In this document: positions 19,690-30,747 of the stretch, piece after piece
Layout of the letters: the number at the start of each line of letters is the position of its first letter
Position numbering within the stretch: position 1 is the stretch's first letter
Assembly (NCBI GenBank): GCA_965652295.1
Contig: CBFGTS010000004.1
Coordinates: forward strand, 224,001 to 288,000
Origin: an uncultured Haloferula sp.
Lineage (GTDB): Bacteria; Verrucomicrobiota; Verrucomicrobiia; Verrucomicrobiales; Akkermansiaceae
Reading direction: 5' to 3'
Length of the DNA stretch: 64,000 nt
The notes under the pieces: generated by a model
Told to the model about the DNA's origin: nothing
The model's database searches: none
What the model saw: only the letters and a program-made list of their open reading frames with translations
Position numbers and translations under genes: made by a program

Positions 19690-21036
19690 ATGGCCATGAA
19701 TTCATCCGTCACCATCGGTGTCGCAGCCCTGCTTCTGGGGGGCGTCGGCGGTTTTATCGCAGGGAAATCCGGCGGCTCGGATGCCGGTGACGCCCCCGCC
19801 GCGGGCGGGCACGAGGCGAAAATGCGTCGCGAGGCTTCCGTTGACTCCGGGCAGGAAACCGGCTCCGGCTCCCGTCCCCGCAGCGTGCAGGAAGCGCTGG
19901 GTGAGGCGGGCCAGCTCGCGCGCATGCAGTCGCTCGTGGATCTTTACGAAAACATGAGCATCGAGGAACTCGCGGCCGCCGCGGATTCGCTTGAGGATCT
20001 GCCGATGGGCGATCGTATCCTCGCTTCCATCCTGCTATTCAGCCGCTGGGGCGAGGTCGATCCGCAGGGCGCGCTGGCTTACAGCCAGACGATGGGTTTC
20101 GGCGGCATGTTCGCGCGGCCCACGATTCTCCGCAGCTGGGCCAGTGTCGATCCGGTTAATGCGGCCAAGTATTACTCCGAGAACGCGAGCGATTTCCGCG
20201 GCCCGGGCGGTCGCGGGCGCGGTGGCGAAGACGGTGCCGATGTGGTCGCCCGCGAATGGGCGAAGCTCGATCCGGAAGCGGCGCTCGCATGGGCGAACAC
20301 GCTTGAGGGCGGGGACCAGGGCAGTGCGCTGGTTTCCGTGGTGGGCGAGGTGGCCGCCACCGATCCCGCCAAGGCGGCCGCGATGGCCGCGACTCTGAGT
20401 GGTGACGATCAGGTCCGCGCCTACGGCGAAATCGCCGGGAAATGGGCCTCCGAGGATTTCGATGCGGCCAAGAGCTGGATCAACACGCTCAGCGGTGAAG
20501 CCAAGGAGCGGGCGATGTCGGAGGCGCTTCAGGTGCTGGCCCGGACGGATCCGGATGCCGCCGCAGCCGAGCTGGCGACGATGACCGAGGGCAATTACCG
20601 GGACCGCACCGTGGCCGTGCTGGCCGGAGAAATGGCCGAAACCGATCCCGCGCGAGCTGCCGAGTGGCTGGGTAGCCAGGAGACGGGCGACTACGGCGAC
20701 GCGATGCGCCGGATCATGAACAACTGGGCGGCGCAGGATTCAGCCGGGGCCCTGACCTTCATCGAAGCCCAACCCGTGGGCGAAGTACGCGATGCGGCCA
20801 CGCAGACCTACCTTTGGCAAAATCAAAGCCTTGAGCCCGCCCGGGCCGTGGCACTGGCAGAGGCCATCACCGATGATCGCGACCGCAACCGCACGATCGG
20901 CATGACGGCTCGTCGCTGGATGGAGAGCGACCCGGCTGCGGCCCGTGCCTATGTGGAGTCGAGCACCGCCCTGAGCGATCGGGCCAAGGAACGGATTCTC
21001 GACGGGCGCGGAGGGGGCTGGGGCCGCGGTCGTTAA
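19690..21036 (+). CDS. Membrane-anchored alpha-helical repeat hypothetical protein
   Basis: N-terminal TM then repeated W...DP..A...(W/Y) units. Confidence 0.8.
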   Translation: MAMNSSVTIGVAALLLGGVGGFIAGKSGGSDAGDAPAAGGHEAKMRREASVDSGQETGSGSRPRSVQEALGEAGQLARMQSLVDLYENMSIEELAAAADSLEDLPMGDRILASILLFSRWGEVDPQGALAYSQTMGFGGMFARPTILRSWASVDPVNAAKYYSENASDFRGPGGRGRGGEDGADVVAREWAKLDPEAALAWANTLEGGDQGSALVSVVGEVAATDPAKAAAMAATLSGDDQVRAYGEIAGKWASEDFDAAKSWINTLSGEAKERAMSEALQVLARTDPDAAAAELATMTEGNYRDRTVAVLAGEMAETDPARAAEWLGSQETGDYGDAMRRIMNNWAAQDSAGALTFIEAQPVGEVRDAATQTYLWQNQSLEPARAVALAEAITDDRDRNRTIGMTARRWMESDPAAARAYVESSTALSDRAKERILDGRGGGWGRGR

Positions 21037-21698
21037 TCGGCAGAGTTTGGATCTTCGGCAGGGGCGGGAGCCGCGGTTTCGACCGCCTCCTGCCCTTCTT
21101 CTTCCGCATCGGCCGGGGCTTCGGTGGGAGCCGCGCCGCGTGAGAGATCGTGAACCAGCGACCGTCCGGGATGGTCCGAGTTATAACGGATGCTGAGCCC
21201 GAGATAGAGTGCGAGGAGCGCGAGAAGGGCGAATACCGCAACCGGCATCGGGCGCTGCAAGGCATGAAGGCTTTCGCGCAGGCTTTCCTTTTCCGCCTCG
21301 GTCACGAAAGCCCGCATTTTTGGGTGATCGTCCGATTTCTCCGAGTCATCGAGGACGACCGCAGAAGGGGAATCGTCTTCTTCCGAAAGCGCGGCCTGTT
21401 CGTCCTCCGTCAACGTGAAATGAAACTCCACGTCGCCGAGAAAGACCTTCCGGCCATCGATCAGCGGGGAGGTTTCGCGGGGGACTCCGCTGAGCTTCGT
21501 GCCATTGGTCGAGCCGAGGTCGCGGATCTGGAAGCCGCCCGGCACCCGCTCCATCACGGCGTGGTTGACCGAGACCGAGGCGCAGTCGATCACGACGTCG
21601 TTTTCGCTGCCCCGGCCCAGGGTGACCGCCTGGCGATCGAGCGAGAACCGGTAGGGTTGCGAGTTTTTTCCAGGAGGAGTGATGATGACACGCGGCAT
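21033..21698 (-). CDS. FHA domain protein with a TM segment
   Basis: LGRG..ND, SVS..HA, DLGSTNGT; hydrophobic helix near C-terminus. Confidence 0.88.
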   Translation of the reverse strand: MPRVIITPPGKNSQPYRFSLDRQAVTLGRGSENDVVIDCASVSVNHAVMERVPGGFQIRDLGSTNGTKLSGVPRETSPLIDGRKVFLGDVEFHFTLTEDEQAALSEEDDSPSAVVLDDSEKSDDHPKMRAFVTEAEKESLRESLHALQRPMPVAVFALLALLALYLGLSIRYNSDHPGRSLVHDLSRGAAPTEAPADAEEEGQEAVETAAPAPAEDPNSAD

Positions 21699-21839
21699 GG
21701 TACAGGAAACGTCGGTTGGAGCCGCTTTCTAGCGGCCGTCTGAGGGATTCGCACGGAAAATTCCCATCCCGGCGTGGCATCATGGAAATCGCGAAATGCC
21801 GGTTGCCAAGGGGAGGGCGGTTTGCTGGACTACGCTCCC

Positions 21840-22160
21840 ATGGCGAGCGCAACCAATGTTTTGTCGAGCGGAATCGAAATCACCGGTTCCATCCGTTTCT
21901 CCAATGACATGATCATCGACGGCCAGATCGAAGGAGAAATCATCTCGGAAAAGGGCAAGGTGACCATCGGCGAGAACGCCAGGGTCAAGGGCGACATCAC
22001 CGCCGGCGAGGTGAAGGTCTTCGGCAATGTCGAAGGCAAGATCACGTCCGAGCGTTGCGAGTTGAAGTCGAAGAGCCGCCTCACGGGCGACATCAAGACG
22101 AAGAACCTTTCGATGGAAGAAGGAGCGTCGCTTTCCGGGCGCACCGACATCGGCGGTTGA
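21840..22160 (+). CDS. Bactofilin (polymer-forming cytoskeletal protein)
   Basis: I.G.I.F...IDG.IEG.I...V.IG..A.V.GDI.A..V.V.G.V.G.I beta-helix pattern, MEEGA. Confidence 0.9.
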   Translation: MASATNVLSSGIEITGSIRFSNDMIIDGQIEGEIISEKGKVTIGENARVKGDITAGEVKVFGNVEGKITSERCELKSKSRLTGDIKTKNLSMEEGASLSGRTDIGG

Positions 22161-22189
22161 CCGTTGGAACCGCGACTCTTCCTCCAAGC

Positions 22190-22220
22190 ACGCTCCGACC
22201 TCACGGTCCGGAGCGTTTTT
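22190..22220 (+). terminator. Putative intrinsic terminator after bactofilin
   Basis: ACGCTCCG...CGGAGCGT stem followed by a T-run. Confidence 0.6.
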
Positions 22221-22236
22221 CATGCAGGCGGATGGC

Positions 22237-22842
22237 CTAACCGCCGAACCGGCGACAGATCCAGGCGACCCGTGCGGCCACCGACTCCATCTCGAGGAGC
22301 GTCTGGCGCTCGTCGGGGTCTTGGATGAATTGCTGCGACATCACATCGCAGAGAATCGCGGGATCGTCGATCGGTTCGCACATCGCGCGGAAGGCGTCGC
22401 CGACTTCGGCGGAAAACGAAGACAGGGCTCCCTCCGCGGCTTCCCTGAGAGCTTCGACGGCCGCCGGGGCCTGACTTTCGGGCTCGAAGATCGAGGGCAC
22501 CGGCTCGATCCGCGTCGTCGGGTAGTCCGTCCCCCGGAGCCATTCGCGGAAGCGCACGCGGATGACGCCATGAAGTAGGAGATTCGACGTTCCGTCCTCA
22601 AGCTCGCGCGAGGCGCGCACGAGCCCGATGGTCCCGATCTGCGGCACGCAGTCGGCCGGATCTTCGGTTTCCTCGCCCTGCAACCGGGCCACCGCAAAGA
22701 AGCAATGGTCGGCCAGCACGTCAGCCAGCATCGCCTTGTAGCGGGGTTCGAAAATCCGGAGGGGCAGGCCGCCGTGGGGGAACACGACGCAGTCGGGCAG
22801 CAGCATGACACCGCAGGTCTCCGGGATTTGCAGGGAAGACAT
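22237..22842 (-). CDS. LON peptidase substrate-binding domain protein
   Basis: L...VVFP...LPLRIFEPRY..M, DG.S.LLL.G..R.R. Confidence 0.88.
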   Translation of the reverse strand: MSSLQIPETCGVMLLPDCVVFPHGGLPLRIFEPRYKAMLADVLADHCFFAVARLQGEETEDPADCVPQIGTIGLVRASRELEDGTSNLLLHGVIRVRFREWLRGTDYPTTRIEPVPSIFEPESQAPAAVEALREAAEGALSSFSAEVGDAFRAMCEPIDDPAILCDVMSQQFIQDPDERQTLLEMESVAARVAWICRRFGG

Positions 22843-22887
22843 GGCAGGAGCTGAATCGCGCCCGCCACGCATGGCAACCGCATTCTC

Positions 22888-23289
22888 CTATTTCCGCCGC
22901 GGCTCCGAGGTTTCGCAGGGCTCGCCGCAGTAGGGGCAGCGGAAGAAGCGGGTAAAGCTAACACGCAGAGCGAGATAGAGGCGTGTGCTGCCGAAGATCG
23001 ACTTGCGATGGCGCGAGTTCATCGTCGCCCCCGAACGGCGGAACAGCCTGACCTGGCAGAGCGGGCAACGGATGCTTCCCGACATGGCAAAACCAACGAC
23101 TCCCAGAAAGCAAAGGCCGCCGATCACGCCGAGGGCCCAATACAAGCTTGGCTGATGCCCGAGGAAGAAGCCACGGACCAAAAAAACCGCGAGGGCGACC
23201 CAGAGAAGCGGGAAAATCAGATGAAGACCAGCGGCCGCGCGGAGGCGGGTCAGCGACCTAGAACTCGAGAATCGATGCACGCAAGTCAA
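22888..23289 (-). CDS. Small membrane protein with two CxxC motifs (zinc-ribbon-like)
   Basis: Two TM helices, RCPLC and FRCPYCGE; start uncertain. Confidence 0.6.
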   Translation of the reverse strand: MTCVHRFSSSRSLTRLRAAAGLHLIFPLLWVALAVFLVRGFFLGHQPSLYWALGVIGGLCFLGVVGFAMSGSIRCPLCQVRLFRRSGATMNSRHRKSIFGSTRLYLALRVSFTRFFRCPYCGEPCETSEPRRK

Positions 23290-23460
23290 CTAACTCGCCT
23301 TTATTATTCGTGCCATCAGCAATTTACCCAAATTTGGTCATCCAGCATAATGAGTTGATGAATAGTGATTTACGTTTCTTTGAAGGCCTGTCGGCAGTCG
23401 AGCGGCCGCGGGTTTTTCGACTAGCGCATGCGGCAGATCGGGGCATGCTCCCGCCCCGCG

Positions 23461-25702
<2,242 letters not shown>

Positions 25703-25733
25703 GCCTTTCCGGCATCGCCGACCCGATTCATTC

Positions 25734-25766
25734 AAGCCCGTCCCGGTTCGCCGGGGCGGGCTTTTT
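25734..25766 (+). terminator. Intrinsic terminator after gap
   Basis: AAGCCCGTCCCGG-TTCG-CCGGGGCGGGCTT stem-loop followed by a T-run. Confidence 0.8.
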
Positions 25767-25817
25767 GATGACGGCAGGCAGCGCTTGTGCCCGATCCAAA
25801 CAGGGTGAGGTCCGCTT

Positions 25818-26594
25818 TTACTCGATGCCGTTGGCCTCGAGGAAGTCGTCCGGGATCGAGTCAGTCAATCGGCCGATCAGCGCGTAGTAGAAGAGCTGGG
25901 TGCCTTCCATCGACAGCCGGTGGCGGTACAGCTCGAGATGGTGGACGTGCATGTATTTCGAGAAAATCAGCGCCCGGATCAGCTTCGACAGGCCCGCCTG
26001 GTCGTTGTGATCGAGGAAGCTCTCCTTGATGTTGAAGGCCAGCCAGCCATCGGTGCGGATGTGCTTGAGCGCGCTGAAGAACGCCTTCGGGGGAATGTCG
26101 CCGAAGCCGAGCGCCGCCACGCAGGTCAGGCAGTCGAATTGCCAGTCGGCAAGCGTCTTGGACTCGTCTTCGCGGAGATCGGTGAAATCGGTGACCAGGT
26201 AGTCGTCGTAAACGTGCGGCCGATCGCGGAAGGCGGCGTCGCGCGCCTCGGGGATGATGTCGGCTCCGACCAGTCGTGCCGCTCCTTCGCGCTTGAGTTC
26301 TTCGGCCATCATCCCGTTGCCGGCACCGAGGTCGAGGATCCGAAGCTCCGTCACCGGCTCGCGCACCGAGGTCAGCGCCCGGATCAGGATCTCGGTCACC
26401 TTGGCCGGCGAGTTGCACTTCAGGCGGTCGTAGAAAAGCTGCTCGTAGAGGCCCGGACGGCGGTAGATCTCGTCGTAGTCGTGGAACCTCATGCGGATCC
26501 GTTTTCCGTCCTCGATCAGGTGGAAGAAAACCTCGTCCTGGGCCTGGGCGTGGGCTGCGGCGGGCGGAAACTGGATGTGGTGGCGTGGTAACAT
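25818..26594 (-). CDS. Class I SAM-dependent methyltransferase
   Basis: ILDLGAGNG, VGADI motifs. Confidence 0.8.
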   Translation of the reverse strand: MLPRHHIQFPPAAAHAQAQDEVFFHLIEDGKRIRMRFHDYDEIYRRPGLYEQLFYDRLKCNSPAKVTEILIRALTSVREPVTELRILDLGAGNGMMAEELKREGAARLVGADIIPEARDAAFRDRPHVYDDYLVTDFTDLREDESKTLADWQFDCLTCVAALGFGDIPPKAFFSALKHIRTDGWLAFNIKESFLDHNDQAGLSKLIRALIFSKYMHVHHLELYRHRLSMEGTQLFYYALIGRLTDSIPDDFLEANGIE

Positions 26595-26744
26595 GAGAGG
26601 GCAGGCCAACAAGCCAGCCCGCGAAGGTCAAGGAGGGGCGGTGGGTTTCGGGGACCAGAAGGCCCCAACGCTCCGCGCAAGCCGTCTGCCAGAGCGTGTG
26701 GAAGGGGCGGATCCGCAGGGAGGCAGGCTCGCCCCTCCGGCGAC

Positions 26745-27725
26745 TCATCTTTGGGTGCCGGACTTGAACAGCTGGAACAGCTCGCTGTCGGTGGAGAGGA
26801 TCAAAGAGGTCTTGGAATCGATCACGTTTTCGTAAACCTCCAGCGTGCGGGTGAAGTCGTAGAGGTCCTGCGCCTGCTGGGTCTGGTTGTAGGCGTTGGC
26901 GTAGATCGCGGTGGCGCTGGCGTCGGCCTTGCCCTTGATCTCCTGGACCTGGCGGTAGGCCTCCGACTGGATTTCCCGTAGTTCACGCTCCATGTTGCCG
27001 AGGATCTTCGCGGCCTCCCCGGCACCTTCGGAGCGGAAACGCTCGGCGATCTGCTGCCGCTCGGTGATCATCCGCTCGAAGATCCGCTGCTGGACCGAGG
27101 GGTTGTAGTTGATCCGCTTGAAGCGGACGTCGAGCAGCGCGATGCCGAACTCGGCCAGCTTCGGAGTGGCTTTTTCAAGAATCTGCTGCTCCATCGCGTT
27201 GCGGCCGACCCGGATGGGTTTGAGCACGCCGATGTTACCGGTCATGTCGGCCTCGACGATTTCAGTCGACTGCAAAGGTTTGCGGCCCTTGGTCGTCCGG
27301 ACCACCTCGATGAGTTCGTGCTTGGCCACCGTGTTGCGGGTTTCCGAGCCGAGGATGTCGTCCAGCCGCGATTGGGCACTGCGTTCGTCGCGGAGCCGCT
27401 CGAAGTATTTGAGGGGATCGGCGATCCGCCAGCGTCCGAAGGTGTCGACCCGGATGTAGGTCTTGTCCTTGGTCGGCATCTCGGTCGGCGTTCCATCCCA
27501 GTCGAGGATGCGGCGCTCGATGAGGTTCACTTTCTGAATGAAGGGCGTTTTGAATTTCAGGCCGGCCTCAGTGACCGGATCGCCGACCGGCTTGCCGAAC
27601 TGGGTGATGATCGCCTGATGCGTTTCGGAAATCGTATAAGCCGAGGACGAGACGATCACGATCAGGGCGAGAACGACGAGCGCCCCGAGGCAACCGATCG
27701 CGGCGGATTTGGGTGAGGGGCTCAT
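26745..27725 (-). CDS. hflC: Protease modulator HflC (SPFH/band 7)
   Basis: N-terminal TM, QFGKP...GL.FK.PF, DVRFKRI, RM..ER..IA..FRSEG. Confidence 0.88.
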   Translation of the reverse strand: MSPSPKSAAIGCLGALVVLALIVIVSSSAYTISETHQAIITQFGKPVGDPVTEAGLKFKTPFIQKVNLIERRILDWDGTPTEMPTKDKTYIRVDTFGRWRIADPLKYFERLRDERSAQSRLDDILGSETRNTVAKHELIEVVRTTKGRKPLQSTEIVEADMTGNIGVLKPIRVGRNAMEQQILEKATPKLAEFGIALLDVRFKRINYNPSVQQRIFERMITERQQIAERFRSEGAGEAAKILGNMERELREIQSEAYRQVQEIKGKADASATAIYANAYNQTQQAQDLYDFTRTLEVYENVIDSKTSLILSTDSELFQLFKSGTQR

Positions 27726-28750
27726 TGGGTGCGGGCGGGAGGTTGGAGATTGTCGAGATTGAGCAGTGGCAGGATGCCCTTGGCTTCTTCGTCCAGGATG
27801 ATCTTGCGCCCCAGTTTCGGGAGCACCTTGCTCATGGTTTCGAGGTAGAGGCGGCGGTTCGTCACCGCCGGCGCCTTCACGTACTCGGCGTAGAGCGAGT
27901 TGAAACGGGCGGCGTCGCCCTCGGCTTCGTTGATCCGCTGACTGGCGTAGCCGCGGGCGTCGCTGATCTTCCGCTCGGCCTCGCCGCGCGCCTTCGGCAC
28001 CTGTTGGTTGTAGAGCCCGTAGGCTTGGTTGATCGATTTCTCCCGTTCCTGCTGCGCCTGGTTGACCTCGTTGAAGGAGGCCTGCACGGGACGGGGAGGA
28101 TCGACGTTCTTGAGCTGGACCTGGTCGATCGTCAGCCCCATGGCGTAGCGATTGGTCAGTTGCTGGAGCTTCAGCAGGGCCTCGGCTTCGATTTCCTGGC
28201 GGCCTACGGTGAGGACTTCATCCACCGTGCGGTCGCCGACCGCCTCGCGCATCACGGATTCGGAGGCGTGGCGCAGGGTTCTGTCCGGATCGCGCACACT
28301 GAAGAGATACTCGCGGGGATTATCGATCCGGAATTGAACGACCCATTCGACCGTGGCCGCGTTGAGATCGCCGGTGACCATCTGGCTCTCCGACTGTTGC
28401 TCATCCGGGCTGGCTGCCTGGTAGCGGTAGGTCGCCCCAGAAGTGGAAAAACCGAACTCCTGCTTCATTTGCCGACGGACCGCCACCTTCCGCACCCGGT
28501 CGATGCCGTAGGGAAGCTTGAAGCGCAGCCCGGGCTCGGTGGTGTCCGAATAGCGCCCGAATCGCAGCACCACCCCGACTTCCTCAGCGTCGATCTGGTA
28601 AAAGGAGGTCCACGCACCAATCACGAGGAGCAGGGCCGCGGGCAGGGCGAGTAGGGCTTTGCCCTGAAGTTGGATCTTGGGCACGGTGATGACGCGGGGT
28701 GCACGCTTGGTGCGCGGTGGGAGATCGGGAGGTCCGTTTGGGGCAGCCAT
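27722..28750 (-). CDS. hflK: Protease modulator HflK (SPFH/band 7)
   Basis: GVVLRFG, M.TGD.N, V.PP..VQ.SF.EV, P.ARGEA, RLYLETM; ATGA overlap with hflC. Confidence 0.88.
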   Translation of the reverse strand: MAAPNGPPDLPPRTKRAPRVITVPKIQLQGKALLALPAALLLVIGAWTSFYQIDAEEVGVVLRFGRYSDTTEPGLRFKLPYGIDRVRKVAVRRQMKQEFGFSTSGATYRYQAASPDEQQSESQMVTGDLNAATVEWVVQFRIDNPREYLFSVRDPDRTLRHASESVMREAVGDRTVDEVLTVGRQEIEAEALLKLQQLTNRYAMGLTIDQVQLKNVDPPRPVQASFNEVNQAQQEREKSINQAYGLYNQQVPKARGEAERKISDARGYASQRINEAEGDAARFNSLYAEYVKAPAVTNRRLYLETMSKVLPKLGRKIILDEEAKGILPLLNLDNLQPPARTQ

Positions 28751-29103
28751 AATGGTTGAGAGCGGTCCCACCGTGGGGTCCCTCCTGGCTTCCTACCAGT
28801 GTAAACCGCCAGGATCGGAGGAGGCCGTGGAAGGAGGGCCCTTGATAGGATTGTTTGATCGAAACAATGGATGGTTTTGGAGATCGATGATCGGACGGAT
28901 GGCTTTTGATCTTAAACAAGAAACAATGAAAAAAACGGAAATTGGGAAAAAGAGAAATCTCCACCGCATGTTTCAGCAACCAGTTGCAGCGCGCCGAACG
29001 AAACAATCGTTCCAATCGATCTTTGGTTATCTGAAGCGTCGGGTTGATGTTTCCCGCTGTCGGCGGGCTTGCGCCGGGCGCGCCGCAGGCTCAAGAGTAA
29101 GCC

Positions 29104-30747
29104 GTGAAGGAAAGGATGGCTGGTTTGCTGCTCCCGGTGTTCAGCGCGCGGCGGGATGGAGATCTGGGGATCGGAGACACGCGGGCTCTTCGGGAGTGGG
29201 TGGATCTTTGTGCCGGGTATTCGGTCGGATTTCTCCAGCTTCTGCCGATCAATGAAATGGGGGCGGACGACAGCCCCTACAACGCCCTATCGGCCGTAGC
29301 TCTGGAGCCTCTGTTTCTGACCATGGAGGAGGTTCCCGGGGTGGAGGAGTCCCAGTTGGTGGCGGCGCGTCGCGGAGTGCCCGGCGGGCCTGTCGACTAT
29401 CCGTCTGTGCGCCAGCGGAAACGGGCTTTGCTACGCGCGGCCTGGGAGCGATGGGATCAGCAGGGAGAGGCGCTTCATGAGGAATTCGCCAGGTTTTGCC
29501 GCGCCGAGGAGGCTTGGTTGGCGGATTATGGTGCGTTCCGGGTTTTGACGGAGCTGCATGGCACGGCGGCTTGGGAGAGTTGGCCGGAGCTGCATCAATC
29601 GATCGGGGGAGCGAGGGCGGTTGCGGCGGAGCGGACGGACGAGATGGACTACTACGCGTGGCTTCAGTGGCTGTGTTTCCGTCAATGGCGGGAGGTCCGG
29701 CGTCATGCCGACCGAATGGGAGTGCGGTTGATGGGTGACATTCCGATCGGGGTGAGCCGTTCCTCCGCCGATGTGTTTTTCGGTCGCGACGATTTCGATC
29801 TGGCCTGGTGTGGCGGCGCGCCGCCCGAAAAGGTCTTCAAGCACGATGCGTTCATTCGCAAGTGGGGTCAGAACTGGGGCATCCCCCTCTACCGTTGGGG
29901 TAAGATGCGGGCCGAAGGTTTCCCCTGGTGGCGGCGGCGGATCGACAAGCTGACCGACGTTTTCCACATTTTCCGCATCGATCACGTCCTCGGGTTCTAT
30001 CGCATCTATGCGTTTCCCTGGACTCCGGACCGGAACGGCGAATTCCTTGAGCTGACGGGCGCGGAGGCGGCGGAGATCACCGGCGGCGAGCTGCCGCGAT
30101 GGGTGCCGCGTCCCGACGACTACGAGACGAACTGCGACGCCAATCGCGCCGATGGCGACCGCCGCCTGAGGGTCGTCCAAGAGGCTGCGGGCGCGGCCGA
30201 AGTGGTGGCGGAGGATCTCGGTTGCGTGCCCGATTACGTGCGTCCGCATCTGGCATCGCTTGGGATCCCGGGCTTTCGCATCCCTCATTGGGATTTGGAT
30301 GAGGAACAGCGGGTGATCCCTGGTGCGGAATTTCCCGAGTGCTCCTTTGCCACCTGGGCGACTCATGACCACGATTCGATCCCCGCGATGTGGGAGGATT
30401 TTCGTCGACGGGCTTCGGAGAGTAACCCGGATGTGGACGATCGCCTGGAGATCCTCGTGGCATGGAAGGCGATGGCGGACTTCGCCGGGATCAAGCCGGC
30501 CGGGGCCTTCAGCGGGGAAATCCTCTGGAGCTTGATCGGTGCCTTGATGACCTGCCGTTCGCGACTCGCTGCGATCATGATCACGGATCTCTACGGTCTG
30601 CCCGACCGGATCAACAGTCCCGGCACGGTGGGGCCGCGGAATTGGACCTTCCGCGTACCGGAGACGGCGGCGGAAAGCCGGAGCCGACCCGAGTGGATGC
30701 GTTGGAAATCGCTCATTCAGGAGGCCGGGCGGGGCCTGGGATCATGA
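29104..30747 (+). CDS. malQ: 4-alpha-glucanotransferase (GH77)
   Basis: G.LLPVFS, LQLLP.N, SPY, GDIPIGV, GQNWG.P.Y.W, RIDHVLG, AEDLG, THD. Confidence 0.92.
   Translation: MKERMAGLLLPVFSARRDGDLGIGDTRALREWVDLCAGYSVGFLQLLPINEMGADDSPYNALSAVALEPLFLTMEEVPGVEESQLVAARRGVPGGPVDYPSVRQRKRALLRAAWERWDQQGEALHEEFARFCRAEEAWLADYGAFRVLTELHGTAAWESWPELHQSIGGARAVAAERTDEMDYYAWLQWLCFRQWREVRRHADRMGVRLMGDIPIGVSRSSADVFFGRDDFDLAWCGGAPPEKVFKHDAFIRKWGQNWGIPLYRWGKMRAEGFPWWRRRIDKLTDVFHIFRIDHVLGFYRIYAFPWTPDRNGEFLELTGAEAAEITGGELPRWVPRPDDYETNCDANRADGDRRLRVVQEAAGAAEVVAEDLGCVPDYVRPHLASLGIPGFRIPHWDLDEEQRVIPGAEFPECSFATWATHDHDSIPAMWEDFRRRASESNPDVDDRLEILVAWKAMADFAGIKPAGAFSGEILWSLIGALMTCRSRLAAIMITDLYGLPDRINSPGTVGPRNWTFRVPETAAESRSRPEWMRWKSLIQEAGRGLGS

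Noticed and set aside
26640..26740. REP-like palindromes between the methyltransferase and hflC (also near 39660 and 40530)
   Set aside because: Too degenerate to distinguish from chance in GC-rich DNA without a genome-wide count
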